59,783 bases of DNA from Perkinsus olseni. Its lineage: Eukaryota. A program made the translations under genes and the position numbers. The stretch is taken from assembly GCA_013115125.1 (NCBI GenBank), contig JABANN010000024.1, positions 62,001 to 121,783 of the forward strand, written 5' to 3'. Shown here in pieces: positions 50,457 to 59,783 of the stretch. Position 1 is the stretch's first letter. Each line of letters begins with the position of its first letter. The notes below the pieces were generated by a model. The model did not search any database. It was not told where the DNA came from and worked only from the letters and a program-made list of their open reading frames with translations.

Positions 50457-51443
50457 GCATCCGTTCCAGTTCTGTAGTTTATTAAGATACATCACTGTTG
50501 TTGGTCCGATCAACAAAATCAGTGGCGTTAAGAACAACAACCTAGTGAAGCCCTCTAATATTATTTGATCGTCATTAACAACAATTGGGGCGTTGCTGCT
50601 GCTATTCTACACAAGCATATGTACTCCTGCTAGGTTCATAGAAACCCTCATTTGCCATAGCGACTGTTGCGTTAGTCAGTAGCGAAGACGTCCATGTAGA
50701 CGGAAAGAAGATATCTGATGAGGCTCTGCTGTCCTTCGGTGGCGATCGTTGAATGGGTCAGTCCGAAACAGTTATGTGAATCAGCTGAGCTTCTTCTCAG
50801 CGACGAGTGTCTGAAGCGTTGCCACATCGAACTCTCAGCGTGCATATCTGATAACCGTCACGCACGATATTGGTGTTCAGCAGCGGGCCAGTTAGGGATC
50901 CTCTCTTTTCTACAAGGGTTCTTGATACCGTGTCGATTTAGTGGAGGGGTTGGTCGATCCTCTGTGGCAGGATTGCGCGAAGCTTCCGGAGCGAGTCGTC
51001 GAGTCGTGTTTGCCGCCCTTGGCGGACACGTTAACGAAAATGCCCAGCCTAGGCCACGTCTATTCCTAAACCATTCATCGCTTCGAAAGCTGGAGAGGAG
51101 ACGATATACTCGTCGGTGTAGAGAGAATAGCGTCGAAGTGAGCGCTCGTAGCCGGGCAATGTGAGGTCCGCAGTTGAAGACACAGCATCGTGTGCAGGCT
51201 CGACCTTCAGATATTACCGGGGAAGAAATCCTCGCGAGAGGCTTGTCACTCCCAAAAGGTTCGAGCTCTGTGCTGTTGGCTCCGATTCATTGAGCTGGCA
51301 GATCTCGGTATGCTGCATCTGATTGGTACTTATGTGAAGAGAGAACATGGATACCTCTGCGTGGTGGAGTAGGCGGAGGTCTAGAGTGAAGATGCGTGTT
51401 GATACTGAAGAGTGTATGACAGCGGATTATTGATTGGTCACCA

Positions 51444-52040
51444 GGGGCCTATTTCACAAGGATGGCTCCTCACGGAGCACCTTACGGATAGGAGCAAGGT
51501 GCCTTACGACGTAAGGAGACTTCTTTCACAAGAAATCGCTCCTTGCACCTCATGCACCTATCCGTAAGGTGCTCCTTGTCCGAGCTCGTAAGGAGCGCCT
51601 TATGAGATACACGGGTCGGCGGCACGACACGGCACTCGTGAGTGCTTCAAAAACATGACATATGAGCAAAGCAAAGCGAATGAGCTAATAAACAATCACG
51701 CCCTTCATCATGCAACCTATGATCGTTGATGAACTGGAAGACTTGGACGATTTGCGGGAGATGGAAGACATCCAAGACATCGCGGTCATTGGAGGTCTGC
51801 GTGCTTTGAAAGCACGCAGACCTTGTGGACCTGTGGGAAAGCACTGCTTTCCCACAAGCCGATCACTATAATCCCTTCGAAGCGCTGTCGGACGCGAAGT
51901 TTTTCGAGAGCTTCCGCTTCACGAAACGAGCCTGCGTCGATGTTCTACGAGAAGTTCTACCGCATTTGCCACGTAGGGTATCCCGCGCCGGCGGGGTGCA
52001 GCCTTTCATGCGCGTTCTCTTCGCCATGTACTACCTCTAA
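51444..52040 (+). mobile_element. Truncated PIF/Harbinger DNA transposon: 5' terminus plus frameshifted transposase N-terminus
   Basis: Terminus GGGGCCTATTTCACAAG; 19-bp subterminal inverted repeat (51474-51492 / 51557-51575); HARBI1-like peptide NPFEALSDAKFFESFRFTK..QPFMRVLFAMYYL ending before the DDE core. The ATG at 51710 is in a different frame. Confidence 0.72.
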
Positions 52041-52064
52041 GATTCTACCGAGTCCACCTCAGAA

Positions 52065-53741
52065 ATGGCCAATGAAGCTGCGCAGCGCCGTCTGTTGTGC
52101 TTATCTATGACAATGTGGTACCTCCACCTATTGGCTATGGCCTCCTGCTCAGTTCCCGATGCCGTGAACGAGCTACAGCGAGCTCTCCCGCCAAATGTGA
52201 CGATCACCAGCAGCATACCCGACCCCATTTACTTCAAGTTCGGAGCCGCCTACAACATCACCCCGGCGGCCATGGTGTTCCCGGCCGACGCTGATCAAGT
52301 TGTGACCGCTCTGACCATCTGCCACAAGCACGCGGTACCGGTCGCTGTTCGCAGCGGAGAAGGCCACTCCTACATCGGCCAGAGTAACGTTAACGATGGT
52401 ATCGTCCTCAGCTTACAGCGTTTGAGGGATTTCAACGTGCAGGTGGTTGGGGACGACTATATAGCCAAACTGGGTGGAGGCCTTGACTTGATTGAAGTGT
52501 ATACGCTGATGTCGTATCATGATCCTCCTCTTGGCTTCGCCGGCGGCTGGTTCCCGAACGTTGGAATTGGTGGTTTTATCTCTGGAGGAGGCCACGGTTT
52601 ATTCAGCCCCAAGTACGGTATTGGGGCTGACCGTCTCGTTGCTGCTGATGTTGTTGTATATGATAAGAGCCAGAAGACTTTCAAGGTTGTCAAAGCCACT
52701 CCGACTAACGAGTACGCAGATCTCCTATTCGCCATTCGTGGTGGAATGGGTGGTAACTATGGCGTGGTGGTGAACTTCTACTACAAAGCGTTTGTAGCCG
52801 GTACCGTACTCTTCTCTTCGGGGGCGTTCAACCAGTCTAGTGCTCAGGCACTTGCCGGCTACATGGACCGCTTTATGAAGTTCATGCTGAAGAATGATAC
52901 CTCAGAGGACTTCGCCGCCGTCCTGGTCACACCCGTACCATCACCATCATACTATTTCTCCATCTGTTTATGCAACTCTACCGGTAACTGCTCCAGCTGC
53001 CATTCGACCACGTCAGCCTTCAAGGCGTATACTGGAATTAATGGCACGACGGACCTCCTCCCGGCTCTTAAGGAGATGACCTTGGTAGAAGCCCAATGGA
53101 CTTCCTTTCACTGCCATAATGTATATCCAGTGGAAGGGATACCTGGTGCATCAGAGGGCGACCTCGTTACGGCCAAGGCTGCCTGTCTGAATGTCACGCG
53201 TCAAGTGTTGACTCAGTTCAATATCGAGCAAATGCAGTACTACTATCCGCCGGAAGTTCCCCAAGATGGACTGGATGCTATGGCTGCTAGGCTGTTGGAT
53301 GCCAATTGCAGAAGTTCCGGATGCTTCCAGTACGTCCTGCCCTACACTCACAACATGCTCAAGGACCCGACCGACTGCCTCTCTAGCTTGGGAGGGAAGT
53401 GTACCTCCTTCGACCATCGCCGGCGTGGCTTCTCTATTGAACATGGGTTCCTTTTCAAGCGTGGTGAAGACCCCGGCGAGGTCGCCGTGCCGTGGGTAAG
53501 AAATATGTCGGCCGCTGTTGAACCATTCTCCGCCGATACCAAGTATCAGAACTATCTCGAGTCGACCATGACCCGCAAGGAATGGATTCCTCGTTATTTT
53601 CCACACAACGGGACGTACCAGAGGTTACAAGCCGTCAAGTGCAAGTACAACGCTATCGATATGTTCAGCTTCGCTCGTATAAGAAACTTTACTATTGGTA
53701 TGGATGGTCATGATTGCGCTAGCCCCACTAATGAGCCCTAG
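52065..53741 (+). CDS. Secreted FAD-linked oxidase, berberine-bridge-enzyme-like, intronless
   Basis: Signal-like N-terminus; PAAMVFP; VRSGEGHSY (covalent-FAD His); GIGGFISGGGHG; DLLFAIRGGMGGNYGVV; BBE C-terminus YQNY..YQRLQAVKCKYN. Confidence 0.92.
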   Translation: MANEAAQRRLLCLSMTMWYLHLLAMASCSVPDAVNELQRALPPNVTITSSIPDPIYFKFGAAYNITPAAMVFPADADQVVTALTICHKHAVPVAVRSGEGHSYIGQSNVNDGIVLSLQRLRDFNVQVVGDDYIAKLGGGLDLIEVYTLMSYHDPPLGFAGGWFPNVGIGGFISGGGHGLFSPKYGIGADRLVAADVVVYDKSQKTFKVVKATPTNEYADLLFAIRGGMGGNYGVVVNFYYKAFVAGTVLFSSGAFNQSSAQALAGYMDRFMKFMLKNDTSEDFAAVLVTPVPSPSYYFSICLCNSTGNCSSCHSTTSAFKAYTGINGTTDLLPALKEMTLVEAQWTSFHCHNVYPVEGIPGASEGDLVTAKAACLNVTRQVLTQFNIEQMQYYYPPEVPQDGLDAMAARLLDANCRSSGCFQYVLPYTHNMLKDPTDCLSSLGGKCTSFDHRRRGFSIEHGFLFKRGEDPGEVAVPWVRNMSAAVEPFSADTKYQNYLESTMTRKEWIPRYFPHNGTYQRLQAVKCKYNAIDMFSFARIRNFTIGMDGHDCASPTNEP

Positions 53742-55479
53742 TCGATATGGCCCCTTTGAATATGCTTCTTTAGCGTCTGTTCTGGTACTGTTGTGCCAGT
53801 GGTCTATTCGTCGTGTGTAGGTGTGAGTAATTGGCTATCTAAGCTGCGGAGCTCGCGGCGCGAACGCGAATACCTTATAAATACCTTCATTCTTGAATCA
53901 TACGACTCGTATTTGAGTGGCATTCGCTCAATGTATTTTCTTGAAGCTGGTGTAGATAGTGAGTTGGTCTATCACTTTGTATATTGAGTTGCTGTCCTCA
54001 CGAGTATCTTGGGCGGGGGGAGGGGACAAACAGAGGAGGTTTGCACAACGCATCGTTCAAAGGTGTTTCTCCTGCTGACAGTGGTCTTTCCTTGGCTGAA
54101 CGTCTCGCCTCTCGATATACCACTCCGCCTTCCTCGCTGAATGCAACGAGCTGACGCCGTCCACGCACCGTTACACGACAGAAACTGTAAAGGTGCTTCA
54201 CAGAGGAACAAGTGTCTTCACGAGTCCTTCTCCGTTCCTCGTTCAGGAGTACCAAGCTGCATGTCCGTCGGCACCACGGGCACCATGTCAATGTTGAGAG
54301 GGGCGATGGGAACTCCTCCGATACCGGAAGATGAGCAATTGGTAGATGAGGACCGGTCCACGAGGCCACAACGACGGGGTCGACTTAATCATTTTTAGGT
54401 GGTGGATATTGATAACATGGGGAACGTGCATGCCCCGTCAGGTTCTGGTCAGAGGCCCTCACAACAAACGTAGGAATCGTCTGTCTTTGGAACGAAGGCC
54501 ATCGAATCAGAGTCGCTGCCTTCCTGTGTCAGGAGATTCAGTGCAGTGCTCGACACCAGTGTGTCGGAGTACCCGTCTCCCAGTACAAGTCCAGCGAGCA
54601 GCATATCTCATAGCCGTAAGTTGCTCCACAGAGTGCTGTATCATAACGCATCGTTTTCCAGTGGTGTCAGCGGCCACATTGGCGGACATGCAAAGCAGTT
54701 CTCATCGTCACTTCCATCAAACGTTACTGCAGTTCCCAAGATCGGCTACTCCGCCCAAACCATCCGCGCCGCAAGAAGTGACTACCGCACAAGCTAGAAG
54801 TGACTCCACTAGATTAACGCTCACTACGATACTTGCTGGATGACCGCTTTTCAGTTTTCCTTTGTGCTGTTATTAACGAGGCCGTGCAGACCGAGAGGCT
54901 GCCTGCGAGAGAGGCTATGGTGGCGATGAGTGGAGTGTTGGGTGGGGCATCCCAGCGAACTGAAACCTCATAGCTGATGTGTTCAGGCGAAGACCCTGCT
55001 GTGACTGACCGGATGTACACCTTCGTGGGAGCCGGGAAGAATCTTGAGGTCGGTTCAAGTGCTACACGCAACATTTGGATTCCCGTCAATCCTCAGGAGC
55101 AGCTTCGCATGCTGCAACTGTGGATTGAATTCCAGTCGTCTCCCCTGGCCGGTGCAGTCTCGTCCGCTTCCAAGAAAAGCGATCACAGCGGGAGTCTTGT
55201 TAGTCCAGGAGATGCGTCCACAGTGGCATCACCGAACTTCCAGGAGTCCCCATATGGGGCTGTAAGCATCCTCTCCCCTTCATCACCGTTCTCGTTCTGT
55301 GCGCTCGTGATGGTGGAACCGCTGCTCGTTTCAGTACTACGGTCCTGGTCCGTACGGAGCTCCTCCGTACCCTCCGCCGCCGCCAGGGCACTACCCACCC
55401 AACCAGATGGGTGTGCCTCCCCCTCCTCCTCCCCATGCGTTTGCGTATAACCCCTACGGGCCACCAACTAGCCGAGGCA

Positions 55480-56370
55480 GCCCTCCTTTACAGAACGGAC
55501 ACGCCCATCAGGGTGTCCAACCCTATGGTGGTGGATGCACTGCCCCTGGGCGGCGATGCTAGACAGTTTATTTCAGGATATTACTATCCTCACTCACACA
55601 GTCCTCCCCCACACGCACCGTATTCACCGCCGCCTCCGTTGAACCTTCAACAAGCTATCATGTCCATGGCCGCAAGCCCTCCACAGGGGTCTGCAGATGG
55701 CAATAAGTGAGCACTTCACCGGTCGCCTCGCGAGCCGACTTCGAAACAAGCATGCCTTTGTGTCACACACTCAGTGGTGGCATGAGACACCAATTGCAAT
55801 CGCCAGACTCAAACGCCACTAACGGCGCACCATCCGGTTCGATGAAACTGGCGAGCAACTACCTAACCTCCTCTACGGCACAAGGCAGTATCAACACGGC
55901 TAGTAACAGTACGGCGAACAACAACTACCGTCCTACTACTGCTGCTGCTGCTGACAACGGTGCATACGGTGCTGCTGCTGCTGCGAACGAGGGGCCGCCA
56001 GTGCTGTTCCAGCCGATGGCTCGCCGGTGAGAGTGGACGCTGATGACTCACAGCGGAATCTCTCGGGAACTTGTTATTTCACAAGTGTTCTTGTCCCACT
56101 CATTCATTCCGTTTCGCACGTGTAGTCGATCTTCGCTCAGGCCGGAGGATTTTCAACCCCTAGTGCTCGAGCCAATCCGAGGCTCTTCTCCGAGCCCCAC
56201 ATTCTTCAATGCCTCTCCGCCACTACCAAGTCCCACATCATCACTGCAGGTCAGCCCCGCCCTCTCTCGTAAAGGGAATATCGCTTGCCTTTTATTAGTC
56301 AGCGGCGCCATCACCGACTCCCACAGTTATACACAACCCCACAGTCACACGGCCAGCCCACAATGGTAAG
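55480..56370 (+). CDS. Possible low-complexity Pro/Ser/Ala-rich hypothetical gene (spliced)
   Basis: Consecutive ORFs ending at GTGAG/GTAAG donors, with repeated HSHSPP/HSHTASP. No recognisable domain. Confidence 0.3.
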
Positions 56371-58664
56371 TCGGGATATTCAAAGGAGCAATTCCTTCTT
56401 CTTGTGGTGGGGACCGAGTATCAGTGACTTTTGACTGGACGAAGATGTCCGGACCCGACGTCGCTCTGAAATTTCATGGCACGATTCCGGCTCAGCATTG
56501 TTGGCGGCAACCGTATCCCAACGGCGAGCGGGCATGAGTCTCCGTACCTCGGATGGTCAGAAGTACACCCGATGGGCCGGGTGGACTCCCCCCTCGCCAC
56601 ATTTTGTATAGCATGTAGACTATCTCGTGATTGGCTGAGGATCTCAGTTCTACGTCCTACTGCGAGACGCGTTGACTTCTCTCAGAAAGTCTGCTGCTGT
56701 TGTTCTAGCGCAGCGATTGGTCGGGCCGGGGCGTCCCAACGAGGAGCCTTTGAGTGTCATCGAATGCCATGGCCCGTTGCACTTCGGTCGTCTATTCTCC
56801 TCAGGATTACCAGGCGGAAAACCCCCAGCGGCGCCTGGAAGCTTGGTACTCAATGAGACTGGCAGTTCAAATGCTGAGGCTACCGAATCAGAGCCCATCG
56901 CAGAGGATGTAAGCGACTGTGAGGGTTGGATCTGGTCCTGACTCTGGGCTCGTTAAACCTGCGAGAGTTTAGCAGTTTGGCGCTTCGTCTTTGCTAGGAA
57001 AACACATCAGAGCCTACATAGAGCCAGTGCCTTGACCTGGCACTGATCATTGCGTCGTGCATGCATTCAACTACCTAGCTTCCAAATTCACCCTCTTCTG
57101 GAGCTCGAGTTCGACAGTTGGGAGTAGCTGTAAGTGCAGGAACGAGCTTTCTCTGAGGACGATGACACCTCCCCAATATTGCTAAATCAGGAATGAGAGG
57201 CAGCGCGTCGCTTAATCGTTTCGGCCGACGTTGTCGCAAGGCTTCATCCAAACTCCAGATCCAACTGTAGAGGGGGAAGCCGGGAGCAGCAGCAGGCTGG
57301 TCAACAATGTACGATTTCAAAACAAGGTCTTCTCGAATCGAGGGAGAACACGACTCCTTCGGGACTCTTTCTCCCCGTTGAGAGGCAGAGAGCTCGATTC
57401 AAACAGCCTTTCAGAAACGTCAGTCAGAGATCATGGCATGCTCTTCGTTATGGGTCGTAGAACAGACCCCGACTTTGAACTCGGCAGAGAATGGAGAAAG
57501 CCAGAAGCTTGTTCCTCGAAAGCCCTGTGTATGCATACCGAATCAATAATCGATAATTTATACAGTGGGTACACAGCAGAACCCGCGCGCGTCACGAGAG
57601 TGATATAAGCATTGTGTCATACTAGTGAAAGTGACACATATGGACTCGTATGGAGGGTGTGTTGAACTTCACTGGTCTGATCGAAGGGCAACACCTCTCA
57701 AGACACCCCTCGGAGATGTGAGAAGACTAAGGTGAGGGACTGCTCGCCTGAGGCGAGTCACCTCAGCAAACAAGGTAGGTGAGCCACAATTTCACGGAAG
57801 AGACACCCTGTGCCCGTGTGATAACTATTCGCCAGATGGCTCGACTGAATCGAGCATCCGTTTACTATGGATGGCTATGGAGGCCTCCATCATGCCGGCC
57901 TACACTTGCGCTGTGTGGTGCGCAAGTGTAGACGTAGTCCACACCGTGCAGGCTCCTTGCCGAGAAGACAGGAGGTCCTTCTAAGTCAACAGCCCTCCGC
58001 TTAACTCTAGCGCGTGGGGCGCGTAGATCTTCTGCCATCATAATCGAACGTTGACGAACGTTTCGGTAGAAATCCGGTCGAGAGACTACCGAGACGACTA
58101 CTCACTTGGGCCTTGTGATATGTTTCCGCTATGTCTTCGAATGAGCAAGCTAGCGCTAGGCGTAAGCTCTTTCGAACCACTTTAAGTATAGACATCGCTG
58201 TATTGCGAGCTCAGATCTACTCTCGCAAGACGGAGCCTCTAACGAGACGAACGTCGGCAGTACGGAGTGCTGAGACGTGACTCTTCGCACTAAGAGGTTA
58301 TTATCACAGCATCTGTGACAGACAAGATGTCCCAGTTTGTGACACTGTGACGAAGTAGTGGGTCGTTAATATATCACCTTCGGAATCTTGAGAACCGGGC
58401 ATAGTCCTTCCATTGAGGCTATTTCGGAAGAAGGCAAATCGACTGAAGCTGTGAGCTTCAGCATGCTCAGTTCAAGAGCCGGGCTACTGTACGGCTGGCG
58501 ATGCGGTCACGCGGCGCCATACGACTTGTCTCTACGAATGGAGTTGTCTGCGTCATCTGCGTATACGGTCGCGCTACTTGTCACCTTTAGGGTGGAACTT
58601 CTACCGTGGAAGCATACCTGGTGGCTTCTAACTTGGCCCGACTAGACTTCGTCATATATACTGC

Positions 58665-59783
58665 ATGGTTCAGATTACAAAGCAGCATTTGATCGTATCT
58701 CTATCCGTCTTCAGCTGGGCCTTTGCTAGCCCAGTCACGGACGCCATCAAGGAGTTGAAGAGCGCACTCCCGAAGAATGCCACAATCACCGACCATATAC
58801 CTGATCCATTCTTCTCCCGTTTTGGATCAAAGCACAACATCATCCCGGCGGCCATGGTGTTCCCGGCCAACACTGACCAAGTTGTGACCGGTCTGACCAT
58901 CTGCCACAAGCACGAGGTACCGGTCGCTGTTCGCAGCGGAGAAGGCCACTCCTACATCGGCCAGAGTAACGTTAACGATGGTATCGTCCTCAGCTTACAG
59001 CGTTTGAGGGACTTCTCCGTCGATGACGTGGGCGATTATATAGCCAAGCTGGGTGGCGGCCTGGATCTACTTGAAGTGTACACGCTGATGGCTCTCCATA
59101 AGCCTCCCCTCGGCTTTGCTGGCGGATTCTCTCCGAGCACAGGGATTGGTGGTTATTTCTCAGGAGGCGGCCATGGTATGACGGGGCCCAAGTACGGTAT
59201 TGGGGCTGACCGTCTCGTTGCTGCTGATGTTGTTATATATGATAAGAGCCAGAAGGCTTTTAAGGTTGTCAAAGCCACTCCGACCAACGAGTACGCAGAC
59301 CTCCTATTCGCCATTCGTGGTGGAATGGGTGGTAACTATGGTGTCGTGGTGAACTTCTACTACAAGGCCTTTGTAGCCGGTACCGTACTCTTCTCCTCGG
59401 GGGGGTACCAATAACTACGACGTGGATAACTATGTTGGGCATATGAAGGACTTCATGCATGACTTCATTGACTTCATGCAGGCCGCTACGACTCCAAAAG
59501 AGTTCAGCGCCGCACTCATACTTAGGTACTCTTCCCTTAAAGCCCTGTCATACTATTTTTCCCTTTGCCAGTGTAACTTGAAGGACTGCTCCAACTGCGA
59601 GAAAGTGACCGATGACTTTAGAAAACATACCAGACTCACTAACTCTAGCGTCATCCTCCCCGAGAGAGAAGAGATGAGCTTCATAAAGGCTCAATGGACC
59701 AGCCTGCTCTGCGTATCCTCCAAAGGGTATTTCTCCGAAGGGTGGTGCATCAATGGACGAAATCAAGAAAGCCATGACTAAGT
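58665..59783 (+). CDS. Second BBE-like FAD oxidase, frameshifted at the G7 run 59399-59405 (pseudogene or sequencing error), running off the window
   Basis: Close paralog of 52065-53741. Removing one G joins ORF 58665-59414 to ORF 59422-59781, which aligns with the paralog's YYFSxCxCN region. Confidence 0.85.

Noticed and set aside
53741-53756. 3' Harbinger TIR right after the oxidase stop, which would imply gene capture
   Set aside because: Only GGCCCCT (7 nt) matches the reverse complement of the 5' terminus, and no matching target-site duplication is seen.
57231-57608. Remnant of a secreted-protein family related to the 19.6-kb gene
   Set aside because: Similarity is limited to an EACS motif and general composition, with no start or signal peptide.

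Overview
Intron-rich, gene-dense eukaryotic genomic DNA, most consistent with a perkinsid alveolate (Perkinsus-like). This assignment is an inference from the short GT-AG introns, the tail-anchored Elp3, the PAN/apple adhesin and the lineage-type secreted proteins. From 1 to about 48.3 kb almost all conserved genes lie on the minus strand: telomerase RT (TERT, running off the left edge), SMC2, RAD51, a PAN/apple protein, a two-dsRBD protein, a CS-domain protein, two tetraspanin-like proteins, peroxiredoxin-5, NPRL2, a CPBP/Abi protease, ELP3, NIFK/Nop15 and RPL37. After a divergent switch, the plus strand carries a 7-unit polyubiquitin, a truncated Harbinger transposon 5' end and two intronless BBE-like FAD oxidases, the second frameshifted at a G7 run. 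Items not visible in the ORF track are: two intronic box C/D snoRNA paralogs whose guide targets U6 A47, a tRNA-Ile(AAT) antisense inside a RAD51 intron, a spliced C-terminal membrane anchor on ELP3, and the spliced continuation of TERT with motifs D and E. A tandem pair of unrecognised 8-Cys secreted peptides is the best candidate for something new. Exon boundaries were read by eye and many internal ones are approximate.
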